A stretch of 64,000 nt of DNA from a virus (IMGVR_UViG_3300015214_000001:32001-96000), one strand, 5' to 3'. Numbered from the stretch's first letter, positions 38,428-48,743 are shown. The notes: a model not told the origin generated them from the sequence alone. Made by a program: numbers and translations.

Positions 38428-38705
38428 TACTCATTTACCCTTCTTAATCCTACTGGGGTGCAAGTGTCAAATTTCATCAACTGGCGTGTTACTGATTTGA
38501 TTTCCTCAGCTGTAATTGTTTCAGATGTCATGGTATCAATTACCACTCGTTCCACTTCTTGCCGAACGTCATCGTCATTAAGGCCGATCATGTGAATGAT
38601 TGAAGCCATGCCATCAACGTTTTCTTGGTTGTTTTGCGCCTCAATGTATGCTTGAGTATTGGCGGCTATCCACCATTCCCTCATAGGTGATCTAATCTGG
38701 CTCAT
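38427..38705 (-). CDS. hypothetical protein
   Basis: probable start MSQIRSP with gaggga RBS. Confidence 0.55.
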   Translation of the reverse strand: MSQIRSPMREWWIAANTQAYIEAQNNQENVDGMASIIHMIGLNDDDVRQEVERVVIDTMTSETITAEEIKSVTRQLMKFDTCTPVGLRRVNE

Positions 38706-39045
38706 CACTTTTTCCCTCATTATTTCTTGTGGAAAATCCATGCAAGATAAGAACAACATGGATTGAAATAAACACAAAAATAGCATCTAGCCATGATATA
38801 GCTAAAAACATAAACACCATCGTTACTGCCCACATGAGGTATATCGTAGCTATATTCAGCATTTGCTTGTTAGGATTATCACCTTGAAGTGCATATCTCA
38901 GAACCTCAGACAATATAACCAAGATAATGAATGAACATAGACTTAGTGCAATATTGACACCAATTAAGCTCCTTACCCATGACATTAGAACAATGCTCAG
39001 GATAAGAAACCAAGAAAACATACTCTTAGGAATATTGTCGATCAC
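38692..39045 (-). CDS. multi-TM membrane protein
   Basis: four hydrophobic segments, aaggag RBS. Confidence 0.6.
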   Translation of the reverse strand: MIDNIPKSMFSWFLILSIVLMSWVRSLIGVNIALSLCSFIILVILSEVLRYALQGDNPNKQMLNIATIYLMWAVTMVFMFLAISWLDAIFVFISIHVVLILHGFSTRNNEGKSDEPD

Positions 39046-39224
39046 TTATCGCTCCTTGTTAATATGCCCCATGCTACAATAAATACCATTGGAATAATCA
39101 ACGTCATGCCAATGGTAAACCAAACTGCAAGAAATGGATCACCAGTTAAATGGTTCACTGTGACCATACTTGTCACATATAGCGCAATAGCTATCCAAAA
39201 GAATAACGGTGACGCTTTATCCAT
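39042..39224 (-). CDS. small two-TM membrane protein
   Basis: 60-aa hydrophobic ORF in operon. Confidence 0.55.
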   Translation of the reverse strand: MDKASPLFFWIAIALYVTSMVTVNHLTGDPFLAVWFTIGMTLIIPMVFIVAWGILTRSDK

Positions 39225-39571
39225 ATTGCCCCCTTTTTGAATTTTTTTCGTTGGATTATCTTATCTGAAATCTCGGTTGTTCCCCACTGACGACTATGGC
39301 ATAAGAAGCCGCTTCCGTCGTTATCTGGCGCAACAAATAAATCATTAATGATAATGATTGTGTTTTTTTCGCCACCAAATAACTCATCCAATTCGTACTG
39401 AACAAGTTGTCTTTGGTTTTCCCATACCCGATAAGCATCAACAAATCGCTTATTGAAATAGCTGTAACGAGTAGTTCGTGGCTTCTTAGCTAAGAATACC
39501 ATGTTGCTATGATATGATGCTAATCGACCAGCATCACTCACTAACTGATTTACATCAGAATAACTAACCAT
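39191..39571 (-). CDS. hypothetical protein
   Basis: 126-aa ORF, agggag RBS. Confidence 0.6.
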   Translation of the reverse strand: MVSYSDVNQLVSDAGRLASYHSNMVFLAKKPRTTRYSYFNKRFVDAYRVWENQRQLVQYELDELFGGEKNTIIIINDLFVAPDNDGSGFLCHSRQWGTTEISDKIIQRKKFKKGAIWIKRHRYSFG

Positions 39572-39643
39572 TTACTCCCTTTCTTTATTCAATCTTATTT
39601 TCACCAAGAATACAATACAACTGTTAGGCTTGTCAAACCTCAA

Positions 39644-40680
39644 TTATGAAATGTTGCTATGATCGTTTAAACTGTACATATCACTTGGTGATTTCTTAAT
39701 AATTGACAAAATATTATCAGCAATCCGCTTGATGACAGGAACAGCTACTGAGTTTCCAATTTGCTTATATAACTGAGTATCGGACATCTTATTAGGCAGT
39801 ACGTATGTTTCAGGGAATCCTTGTGCGCGAAAACACTCACGTGGGGTTAATTTTCTATATATGCCGTGCCTGATAATAATTGGCACATTGTGACCACCAC
39901 CGCCCATATTTGCAGTCAGCGTGGGAATTACACCTGATTTATTTTCACGGATATAGCGCCGCCGACATTGATATACTATCCCCTCTTTCATATCGTACCC
40001 AGTAAGTAAGTCATAAATACTACTAGAACTTGTATAGTGATATTTATCTGATACTTCATCATCTAGTAAGTCCGTAACAGTTTTCGACAATAAAATGGGT
40101 TCGGGGAATTTGAATTGCTCGTAATCACTATCATTGATAAATCCGACTATGTAAATACGCTCTCTATTCTGTGGCACATTGCCATAATCTTTTGCATTTA
40201 GCACTTGATATTTTATTTTATACCCCATGCTATTTAATGTTTTTTCTATAACTTGAAAGGTGTTACCTTTATCATGACTTACAAGGTGTTTAACATTTTC
40301 TAAAAACAGGACTCGTGGTTTGATTTCCATACCATTGATGATGCGAACCAACTCAAAAAAAGCATTTGACCTATCATCATTGAAACCCTCTCTTAAACCA
40401 GCGACGCTAAAAGGTTGGCACGGGAAACCAGCAACAACCACATCACAATTTGGAACTACATCACTGTTAATATTAGCAATATCATCTTCTATGTGATGGC
40501 AACGATATGTTGAAATACCCCCCCCGTAATGGGTTCGTTGCAGAGATTCGCTCGATATGTTGTCGAAGCATATTTATCTCTATCATTCCCAAACACAATC
40601 GTAGCGCCAGCTAATTCAAAGCCCAGTTCAATCCCACCGACACCAGAGAAAAAACCTGCTACTGTAGTTCTAGTATCCAT
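39644..40680 (-). CDS. C5-cytosine DNA methyltransferase 2, frameshifted at G8 tract 40518-40525
   Basis: motif I FFSGVGGIELG in the short ORF; AGFPCQPFS, LENVK, PQNRERIY, RKLTPRECFRAQGFP, YKQIGNSV in the next frame. One extra G joins them as EPITGGGISTYRCHHIEDDI. Confidence 0.9.
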
Positions 40681-40691
40681 AAAAAACCTTT

Positions 40692-40898
40692 CTAAACCCA
40701 TCTATCTTTATTGAAAACGCTATTTCTTGCATAAAAACCAACAACCCAATACTTATAGTATTCCACCTCTAATTCGACAAGTGTTTGCAATCCTAAAAAA
40801 TCTGGATGAGGCTTTGGTTTATACTTACCCAGTAAGCCTTGCCTATAGCCACGTTCAGTCGTTGTCTCCATCCTATCACCCCTTCTTAGCAATAACAA
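40692..40898 (-). CDS. small hypothetical protein
   Basis: about 59-68-aa ORF between methyltransferase genes. Confidence 0.5.
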   Translation of the reverse strand: MLLLRRGDRMETTTERGYRQGLLGKYKPKPHPDFLGLQTLVELEVEYYKYWVVGFYARNSVFNKDRWV

Positions 40899-42102
40899 TA
40901 TACTCTTTATTCATTGTGGTTTGTTTTTCACCAATTACATTAGAAGGCGCATTCAAGATAGGCATCGCTTTTGCTGATAATAAGCGTTCTATAGTGATTT
41001 CATGACGCAGACCATTCAATTCTAATTGTTCAGCGATAAATTGATCTGTTGGCATAATTTCGCCACACACTCTGCGATTACCCACCACGTAAATAGCTGT
41101 CCCATTTTCGTTAACTCTATCGGAGACATCACTGATAGAGTGCGCCAAATCAGAGTAAAACGAATAAACAGCCTGTGATCGCTTTTCATCTCGCGGTTTT
41201 AGACTTAACATCAGACGATCTATCACCTCAGAATGAAATTGCCTGTGGTGGTTTATACCACCCATCATAAGTCGATCCATATTTCCAACGTCATTAAATC
41301 CTGCTAAATACTCGTTTGCAAACCGCGAGAATTCACCATACGCAACCGTTGTTTTACTGTCCCCATACGGTGGACTAGTAAGCACAACATCATATTTTTC
41401 GAGATTGTTAATTTCATCATTAATGCTAACCGTTATTTCTTTGGCATGTTGTAAATAATGTTGTTCATAAGATAAAATAATACTATCAAAGTGTTTTAAG
41501 AACAACTCAATCATATCAGGTTTAAACTTTGCGATTTGCTTTGGGGTCATTCGGTAGCGCTTAAACTCACCCTTGCGAACATAAGATGCTGACCGAATTG
41601 CATTTACGAACGCAAGATCAACTAGTTGTTTACTGCTTGAAATACCCCCCCCCGTAGCTTTAGCAATAATTTCACTTAACATATAAATATCGTCAAGAAC
41701 TTGTTGAGAGAACCAATAAGATTGGTTTTTAAATAGCTGACGACATTTACTGGGCGATGCTATTTGTTCTGTAGCGATTAGTTCCTTTATGGTTTGTTTC
41801 ATATGATTTATATCGTCTTGGTCAATCAATGTGAAACGAACAGTCGATATTAACCTAGCTAAAGGGTTAATGTCTGCTCCATAAAAACTTTTTACCCCGT
41901 TCTCTAATCCAGCAACAAATGACGATCCAGTTCCGCAATAGGGGTCTAACATAGAACTAGGTCGCAAATCTAAATCCTCAAATAACTTAATCCCTATCTG
42001 TGGCAACATAGTCGCAGGATAGGGATGTAACTTTGGATATTTATTATGATAACCCTCACTAATGAAGTCATAGTGAGGGTTATATTCTACTTTATAAGCC
42101 AT
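40876..42102 (-). CDS. N4-cytosine-type (amino) DNA methyltransferase, in frame across G9 tract 41645-41653
   Basis: LHPYPA, LDPYCGTGS (motif I), GADINPLA, VLTSPPYGD (motif IV), YVVGNR; the G9 encodes TGGG. Confidence 0.85.
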   Translation of the reverse strand: MAYKVEYNPHYDFISEGYHNKYPKLHPYPATMLPQIGIKLFEDLDLRPSSMLDPYCGTGSSFVAGLENGVKSFYGADINPLARLISTVRFTLIDQDDINHMKQTIKELIATEQIASPSKCRQLFKNQSYWFSQQVLDDIYMLSEIIAKATGGGISSSKQLVDLAFVNAIRSASYVRKGEFKRYRMTPKQIAKFKPDMIELFLKHFDSIILSYEQHYLQHAKEITVSINDEINNLEKYDVVLTSPPYGDSKTTVAYGEFSRFANEYLAGFNDVGNMDRLMMGGINHHRQFHSEVIDRLMLSLKPRDEKRSQAVYSFYSDLAHSISDVSDRVNENGTAIYVVGNRRVCGEIMPTDQFIAEQLELNGLRHEITIERLLSAKAMPILNAPSNVIGEKQTTMNKEYIVIAKKG

Positions 42103-42158
42103 GCGCTCAACCTTTCATTTGTTGGGCATTTTAGCATTATTACAATGTATATACAAGA

Positions 42159-42671
42159 TCAATCTTTTCTGAGACTGACTAACCACCGTGTAACTCTATT
42201 TACCAAGTAAGTGGGAGCAAAAAAACCTTCTTCAATTGCGATGTTGTTCACGCTGTAATATTGAACTTGCGTCACATCAGGAGAATAGCCTGTGTTTGGT
42301 AAAAATACTTGTTCATGGCTTTTCTCAAGACTGCCACCTACAACAAGCTCTAATGTAGATGGGACAAAATTATCATGTAAATATTTCAATGTTGCAGATA
42401 AGCGCTTTCGCTTACTTCCTTCCGACCTACTATAAGGGTTTTTGATGATAAACTGCCGATCACCATATATAGGATCAGCTACACAATCAATTCGCCAACC
42501 CGTCTTTGGGCATATAAGCGCATCACCAATCAATAACGCATTTAAGCGTTGTTTCATGATGGCCTCGTTCATGGTAGAACGTGGCTTCTTTGTATCACTA
42601 CCTCTAAAGTTTTTGAAAAACATCATTGTCATCCTCATCTGTCCAAAGTTTGGTTTGCTCAGGCACACCAA
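42159..42671 (-). CDS. hypothetical protein
   Basis: ORF; the true start is likely a downstream Met. Confidence 0.55.
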   Translation of the reverse strand: MVCLSKPNFGQMRMTMMFFKNFRGSDTKKPRSTMNEAIMKQRLNALLIGDALICPKTGWRIDCVADPIYGDRQFIIKNPYSRSEGSKRKRLSATLKYLHDNFVPSTLELVVGGSLEKSHEQVFLPNTGYSPDVTQVQYYSVNNIAIEEGFFAPTYLVNRVTRWLVSLRKD

Positions 42672-43584
42672 AACCGTTTTTAATGGCGGCTTGTTTAGAA
42701 AATATCTGAATATAATTAATATGTTCTGCTACTCGCCTCTGCTTAAAAAGCAAAGCATCTTGCAAGATTTTTTCCAACGTTTCAGCATGATGCTTATATA
42801 AAGCAAGATATAGCTGTTGGCTTGCCATTTTTTCTGATGATGAATGCTCGGAGTTAACTAACGTCCTAACTAAGCAAGCCAAACGATATGCTCCAAGTGT
42901 TTCATCTTGTAATTCGGGATAGTAGTTATCATATAAATATGCTAATTCCATCATCGCCGCCGAACGGCTCAAAACTTCTTTATTGCGTATCCCTAGTTGC
43001 AGAATGATGTCCCATAAGTGTTGAGCTAACAAACTTATTTCACCTAAATAGCAATAATGGCTTCTTTGTATTGTCCAATCTGTTTCTAATGCGACAATTT
43101 GCAAATATGTCAAACGATCCAGATTGCCTTGTGGTGTGCCAAATAGCGCACCACCTATATGTATTTTTTCTGGCAACTCAAAAAAAGGCGGCTTATCATT
43201 GCCTTGTTTAAGTATATTTTTTACAAAGATGATCTTCCCCGCTTTATCTACAGATCGCGCAATAAGTGTTCCATTAGGAAATCCTGGCTTGTCTAACTTT
43301 TTGCTTGACTTAAGAATTTCTTTCAACTTATTACATAGACTAAATGCCACGGAGTAAGGATATTTTCCTGGCTGGTATGTAAAAATAACGTTATTGCCAT
43401 CCACCTCAAAATAAAGCTCAAATGCAATCTCATCACGTTTATTTTGAGACATTTTATGTTGTGTCAAGACATCATCAATCCATCGTATTGCCTCAAATAT
43501 AGTAGAACAAGATGCAATGCTAGGATAATATATATCTTGATGTCTCGCGTGTATTCGTATATCTCGAATGTCATTTAATTTCAT
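42604..43584 (-). CDS. hypothetical protein
   Basis: 326-aa ORF, gaggt RBS. Confidence 0.7.
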   Translation of the reverse strand: MKLNDIRDIRIHARHQDIYYPSIASCSTIFEAIRWIDDVLTQHKMSQNKRDEIAFELYFEVDGNNVIFTYQPGKYPYSVAFSLCNKLKEILKSSKKLDKPGFPNGTLIARSVDKAGKIIFVKNILKQGNDKPPFFELPEKIHIGGALFGTPQGNLDRLTYLQIVALETDWTIQRSHYCYLGEISLLAQHLWDIILQLGIRNKEVLSRSAAMMELAYLYDNYYPELQDETLGAYRLACLVRTLVNSEHSSSEKMASQQLYLALYKHHAETLEKILQDALLFKQRRVAEHINYIQIFSKQAAIKNGFGVPEQTKLWTDEDDNDVFQKL

Positions 43585-43697
43585 AAATACCTCTATGATA
43601 TAAAAAAACGAGAGGCTACAATTTATCTATAGCCTCTCGTTAATTTTGCTCAGGCTATTTTTCAACATTCTAACATAGCCTGTTTGTAGAGTCAAAC

Positions 43698-45959
43698 TTA
43701 CGACTTTTTAGCCTTGAGTAGTGCGAACTCCTCTGGTGATATTAATGTCATGCGCTCTAAGTCGATTAATACTCTTGGAGCATCATCTTCTGTGCCAGTC
43801 TTTCCTTCACTATTTTTCAACACACCAATTGCTACCTCTCGGTAATATTTTTCTCTATGCTTTCCTGTGACAGGATCAAGCACAGAAATACTCATAATTT
43901 CTGGCAATGGGTTCACTGATAAAAACAGGTTCAGCACATCATCTCTAACATTTACGGCTGATGTGCTATCTAAAAACGTTGAACCATCATGGACACCACG
44001 AGTCGCTGATTTAGTAGACTGAGTAGCAACAAATGATAGCCAGCCATTTCTAAGACCTTCTTCTTTAATCATATCTAGCGTATCTTTCTCAGACCAGCGA
44101 TACGCCTCATCAGGTGGTTTAATCATTTGCAAATAGTCAATAATAACTACGTGAGGAGTATTGCCTCTTTCAGATAACCGTTCATGTGCTTCGCGCAACT
44201 GCGCCAACAAATCCGTAACAGTTGCAGAAAACGCCTTTAAAAAGATCACCTGCCCAGTCCACTGGGTGCGAATTTTGTTCAGTGCGTTAACGGCATATCC
44301 CATTTTTGCATCGGAAACGCCTTTGCCAAATATTCTTTTATCCTCAGCTGTAAGCTCTCCTGTTTCAATTAAATGTTGTTCATGGTAATGCCGCTGCAAT
44401 GATGTCATCTCGGGCATTCGCAAACCACCATGCGTTTGAACAATTCTATCGGCATGACGTTCAGGAGACCATTCAGGAGACCAAACCATTACATTATAGC
44501 CCTGTTTAGCCCACTCAGAGATCATATAGGTTAAAAATGTGGTCTTAAAACCGCCAGATACACCCATGACACCAGCCATGCAAGGACGCGCAAATGCGTT
44601 AGCATTACCATCTAAATGTCCAATAGCGCTACGTAATGGATTAGGAATTGGCGGATACTTAGGTAGTTGTTGTCCCGTGAGTCGCAATTCATAGTCATCA
44701 ATTGCGGCTGTCATATCCATCCATAGCTCATCATCAGACGCGCCAGCATATTGCATCCGACGATTAGCTACATGAACCATATGTTTGTTGCCTAAAACTT
44801 GCCCATTTGCTGCTTCTACTTTTGCTCTTTTGTCGGCAACAATTTGATTTTCAGACGTGTTATTACTTGGCAGTAAAGTTGACTCTCTTTTATCATTAAC
44901 ATAATCATTCCAAGAGATACCTAGTGCCTCCGAGACCTCTTTTGTCATATATGATTTGGCACATTTTTGACAATGCCCTACGCGGGTTTCCTTATTCCAA
45001 GAGAACGCTGGATTCGTGTTGTCATGAGCATGGTTTCCAAATGGGCAAACTGTTAGTTCAGAAAACCCTCTATTATTAAAGTTGCTAACCCCTAACTTAT
45101 CTATGATTAGATCATATAATTCTGGTTTGAAGTAATCATTTGTGCGTGCGTAATGGATTTGCTCAGGGGTAGCTAAAACCCATTTCTCCATCTTATTTAA
45201 CTCGTGCATATAAATGTTTTCATTGCACCCACAAGCAAGCCAGAAGTCATTATTATCTTTAATGACTTTTCCTTCCAGAAAGAAAGGAACTTTATAAGCG
45301 CTTGCCTGAATTTTAAACTTATGCAACAAGTCTAAAAACTTAGTTGTGACTTGGACACCAGCATTATCGTTATCAGGATAAAACCGCACAACTGTCACCT
45401 TCATATTAGCCAGTTGAACTGGAATATCAGCATCTAGCCGATTGCCAGCGGCAAATAAACCGACTGCATTCCAAATGCCAGCCGCATATGCCGTCATTGT
45501 GTCAATGTCACCTTCAAATACGTGCAAGACACCGCCATTGCGACTAACAGCTTGCGCTATTTTTTGGTAGTCTGGCATATAAGTAATCGGCATGACACCG
45601 CCTGGACGGAGTGATTCTGGTGAGTTATAGAACCGCGCCGCATTGGGATGTTTTTCACGCGAATGCGGTAAACGTCGCGCACGGTAGATGATCGGATAAT
45701 CCACTGCATTAACCATGCTGTTGGTATTATGATTGATAGATGGTGGATATGCACATGGATAAATCAGATACTGACCATCACGAGATGTTCTAAATCCTAT
45801 CGTTTCCCAAGTATCCTGAGGAATACCGCGCTGAATTAAAAAGTCAGCAGTAGTTTTATCCAGTGTTAATTCATCAGGCCTATCAAATAGCTCTAATAAG
45901 AACTTACTATCTTCAACTTCTTTCTCTTGCTTCGGAACAACTGGCATTGATGTAGACAT
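43698..45959 (-). CDS. primase-helicase: TOPRIM primase, internal zinc-binding domain, SF4 (DnaB-like) helicase
   Basis: FEGDIDTM and YPDNDNAG (TOPRIM); CPF..H..D..P.F...CQKC; GVSGGFKT (Walker A), WSPEW, IIDYLQ (Walker B), VATQ, VLKN. Confidence 0.85.
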   Translation of the reverse strand: MSTSMPVVPKQEKEVEDSKFLLELFDRPDELTLDKTTADFLIQRGIPQDTWETIGFRTSRDGQYLIYPCAYPPSINHNTNSMVNAVDYPIIYRARRLPHSREKHPNAARFYNSPESLRPGGVMPITYMPDYQKIAQAVSRNGGVLHVFEGDIDTMTAYAAGIWNAVGLFAAGNRLDADIPVQLANMKVTVVRFYPDNDNAGVQVTTKFLDLLHKFKIQASAYKVPFFLEGKVIKDNNDFWLACGCNENIYMHELNKMEKWVLATPEQIHYARTNDYFKPELYDLIIDKLGVSNFNNRGFSELTVCPFGNHAHDNTNPAFSWNKETRVGHCQKCAKSYMTKEVSEALGISWNDYVNDKRESTLLPSNNTSENQIVADKRAKVEAANGQVLGNKHMVHVANRRMQYAGASDDELWMDMTAAIDDYELRLTGQQLPKYPPIPNPLRSAIGHLDGNANAFARPCMAGVMGVSGGFKTTFLTYMISEWAKQGYNVMVWSPEWSPERHADRIVQTHGGLRMPEMTSLQRHYHEQHLIETGELTAEDKRIFGKGVSDAKMGYAVNALNKIRTQWTGQVIFLKAFSATVTDLLAQLREAHERLSERGNTPHVVIIDYLQMIKPPDEAYRWSEKDTLDMIKEEGLRNGWLSFVATQSTKSATRGVHDGSTFLDSTSAVNVRDDVLNLFLSVNPLPEIMSISVLDPVTGKHREKYYREVAIGVLKNSEGKTGTEDDAPRVLIDLERMTLISPEEFALLKAKKS
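44894..45116. repeat. 223-bp direct repeat, copy B (zinc-finger module in the primase-helicase)
   Basis: about 92% identical to 15559-15781. Confidence 0.9.
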
Positions 45960-46019
45960 AAATTTCTCCCTTGTGTTTAGGGGATAGGATTCAATAGTCC
46001 ATCCCCCTTTTTTGATTGA

Positions 46020-46886
46020 TTAACGGTACATCATTGAAACGCTAAAGTAACGTTCAGTCTCAGGCAATGCTACACGAAAGAACTTCTCATGGATAACTTC
46101 TGCGTAGGCTCTAATTTCATACTGAGCATCTTTAGCTAAACGTAAGCGCAAGAAGTTCATTAGGTTATGAGCATCTGTCTTAACAACCCACGTATAGTAC
46201 ACACCAAAAGCAGGCAAGAACAATCTAGCTTGTTCGCGTGCCACACCTGCATCCAATAAGCGTTGATAAACATCATATCCAGCGTCAATATATCTCTCTA
46301 GCATATCTCGCACAGGCGTAACTGAGTGTTCACCGTATTCGCTGATGTCATCTGACAAAATATTATCAAATAACCCATGTGCATTATCTTTTGTTTTTTG
46401 GTCTCTTAGTAACAACCGCAACAGCCTGATCTGCTGAGACACACTTAGTTCCTCTGTGCCACTCCCTTGCTTATTGTCTTTCGATTGTTTACGCCAAACA
46501 GCAGGTATATAAAAATCATTTTCATCGAAAGCCGTGTATCTGCCAGACTGAGCATTAAAATTCCATGTGCGATGTCTGGCCCACTGCCACCAAACAATAA
46601 GTGGTGCATTAACTCGAAACTTAAACTCGACCATTTCAAATGGTGATGTGTGTTTATGTCGCATAAGATAAGAAAGCAGACCAGCATCACTGTCCTTCCC
46701 CTTGCTTTCACCCAAGAAGCTGACGCGAGCCGCGTTAACAATTGCCAAGTCACCACTCACGCCACTGGCTGGATGTGGCATAAAGTCTACAAGTTCTACC
46801 CAACTATTAGGATCATCTGGGTACACCTGAACCCTACTATCTTCTCCAAACGTTAAATTAGGCGCTGTCCATTTATCAGTAGTCAT
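46020..46886 (-). CDS. thyX: flavin-dependent thymidylate synthase
   Basis: NAARVS, HTSPFE, QWARHRTWNFNAQSGRY (RHRx7SxR), AREQAR, FLRLR, AQYEIR. Confidence 0.95.
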   Translation of the reverse strand: MTTDKWTAPNLTFGEDSRVQVYPDDPNSWVELVDFMPHPASGVSGDLAIVNAARVSFLGESKGKDSDAGLLSYLMRHKHTSPFEMVEFKFRVNAPLIVWWQWARHRTWNFNAQSGRYTAFDENDFYIPAVWRKQSKDNKQGSGTEELSVSQQIRLLRLLLRDQKTKDNAHGLFDNILSDDISEYGEHSVTPVRDMLERYIDAGYDVYQRLLDAGVAREQARLFLPAFGVYYTWVVKTDAHNLMNFLRLRLAKDAQYEIRAYAEVIHEKFFRVALPETERYFSVSMMYR

Positions 46887-46889
46887 GAT

Positions 46890-47149
46890 CTATCCTTTTG
46901 TGCTATATAAAAATGTATTCAACTTTGCAGTTCTAGCGATGGTGTAATAAACCTCACCGCCATGATGTTTTTTGCCCTCTACATATCGTACAGCCTCATC
47001 ATAGTCGCCTAAAAAACATTCGACATTAGGAAGCCATGATGCACAGGCACTTGTGTATAGAGTGCGTAATTCCCATCGTTGAATGATGAACTCAGGAAGA
47101 TCACTCAAAATAACATCATCTGGTGTCATAGCTGTGATAAATTTACCCA
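46890..47149 (-). CDS. hypothetical protein
   Basis: MGKFITA... ORF with aaggag RBS inside the end of radA. Confidence 0.55.
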
Positions 47150-48714
47150 TGTCCGAACTCTTTCTCAATATCGCTTAGTTCGCCATTTACATCTCGCAAT
47201 TCTTTCCTCATCTGCGTAGCAAGAATCTTTTGTTGTATTTCCTCATCTTCCCGTGCCAACACCAGTTCTCTTTCAAAGAGTCTTTTGATAACTTGGCGAA
47301 TATTTTTCATTTCAATAACTTCTAAACCTTTTGGTTTTTTAATGCCCTTACTTAGTGGTGGCGTGATGACTGTAGTCACTCCTTGTCGCCAACAAGCGTT
47401 TAGGCGTTCTTCCATCTGCTGACCGCTTCGCAACTCACCAGTGAGATTTAACTCACCCATACTTACCATGCCAACAGGCAATGGTTTTTCCCAATAACTA
47501 CTGACAATCGCCAGAATCAATGGTAAGTCCAAAGTAGAATCGCGTAAAGTAATTCCACCCGCGATTGTAGCATGAATGTCAAACTCCGCTAGGTTTGTCT
47601 CTTGAACGTTTTTAGATAATACCGCGATGTTTTGGATCATGCGATCCCTTTTAAGCCCAATAGCAGAACGCAATGCAGAGCTACTACTGCTTCTAGTTGT
47701 CAATGCTTGTATCTCAGCCATGATAGGTCTTGTTCCTTCCATAGCCATCGTCATTGCTGCGCCAAATATTTCTTCGTCACGATTTTGAAGAAATATACCA
47801 GTAGGATCAGATATTTCTTTCAATCCATCACTTCGCATTTCAAAAACACCCATCTCAGCAGTTGAGCCAAAGCGGTTTTTCGCTGAACGCAAGAAACGGT
47901 ATGAGCTGGCATCATCTCCATCGAGATATATTACAGTATCAACCATGTGAGCCAACTTATTTGATCCACTTATATCGCCTTCCTTCGTAACCTGCCCAAT
48001 AATAAAACAAGTCATACCAGTGGCTTTTACATATTGCCTTATTTGAACATCAACGTGTTTCATCTGGCGCTCTGAACCAGGAATGCCATCAATTACATCT
48101 GACACAATTGTGTTGATGCTATCAACAATCAACAAGCCTGGTTTAACTTTTTTGATATGATGCTCCATGATATTTTCTAGTGAAGTGTCATACACAATAT
48201 ATAGATGTGGATTGTTGATAGCTAAACGGTTTGCTCGAATTTTCGTTTGACTTTCAGCTTCCTCACCACTAACATACAACACGGGTGACTCTTTAGTTGC
48301 CATATTGTTCGCCATTTCCAATAGCAATGTGGACTTACCAGTTCCTGGTGCGCCACCGATTATGGCATAATGTCCATCAATTAGGCCGCCACCTAGAACT
48401 CGATCAAGCTCAGGTATCCCAGTTGAACGCCGTTCGATGTCAGATGATTCAACTTCCGTAATTGGCGTTGGATTATTAAGTCCGAACGTCAACCTACGAT
48501 TAGTCGGGTTCTTTGGCGTTGAAACAGCGTCAAGGTACACGGATTGCACTGTATTGACACCATTACACTTAGGACAGACAGCCCTATACTTCCCGATTTC
48601 CTCGTTGCAATCTTTACAAAAAAATCTCAACTTGCTTTGTGCGTTTGCCACCATTTCTTTGTTCCTTCTTATCTTTCTTACATGCTGGACATCATGCCAC
48701 AGCATATAACGCAA
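47143..48714 (-). CDS. radA: DNA repair protein RadA/Sms
   Basis: CKDC...CPKC zinc finger, TGIPELDRVLGGG, GAPGTGKSTLL, YVSGEE, VDSI, KNRFG, EGTRP, Lon-like C-terminus GELNLTGELR. Confidence 0.95.
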   Translation of the reverse strand: MRYMLWHDVQHVRKIRRNKEMVANAQSKLRFFCKDCNEEIGKYRAVCPKCNGVNTVQSVYLDAVSTPKNPTNRRLTFGLNNPTPITEVESSDIERRSTGIPELDRVLGGGLIDGHYAIIGGAPGTGKSTLLLEMANNMATKESPVLYVSGEEAESQTKIRANRLAINNPHLYIVYDTSLENIMEHHIKKVKPGLLIVDSINTIVSDVIDGIPGSERQMKHVDVQIRQYVKATGMTCFIIGQVTKEGDISGSNKLAHMVDTVIYLDGDDASSYRFLRSAKNRFGSTAEMGVFEMRSDGLKEISDPTGIFLQNRDEEIFGAAMTMAMEGTRPIMAEIQALTTRSSSSSALRSAIGLKRDRMIQNIAVLSKNVQETNLAEFDIHATIAGGITLRDSTLDLPLILAIVSSYWEKPLPVGMVSMGELNLTGELRSGQQMEERLNACWRQGVTTVITPPLSKGIKKPKGLEVIEMKNIRQVIKRLFERELVLAREDEEIQQKILATQMRKELRDVNGELSDIEKEFGHG

Positions 48715-48743
48715 TGCAACCCCAAATAACCATTTGTTCCATT

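Noticed and set aside
15559-45116. 223-bp repeat pair as DGR template/variable repeats
   Set aside because: Substitutions are not adenine-specific, are mostly synonymous, both copies are coding, and no reverse transcriptase is seen in the window.
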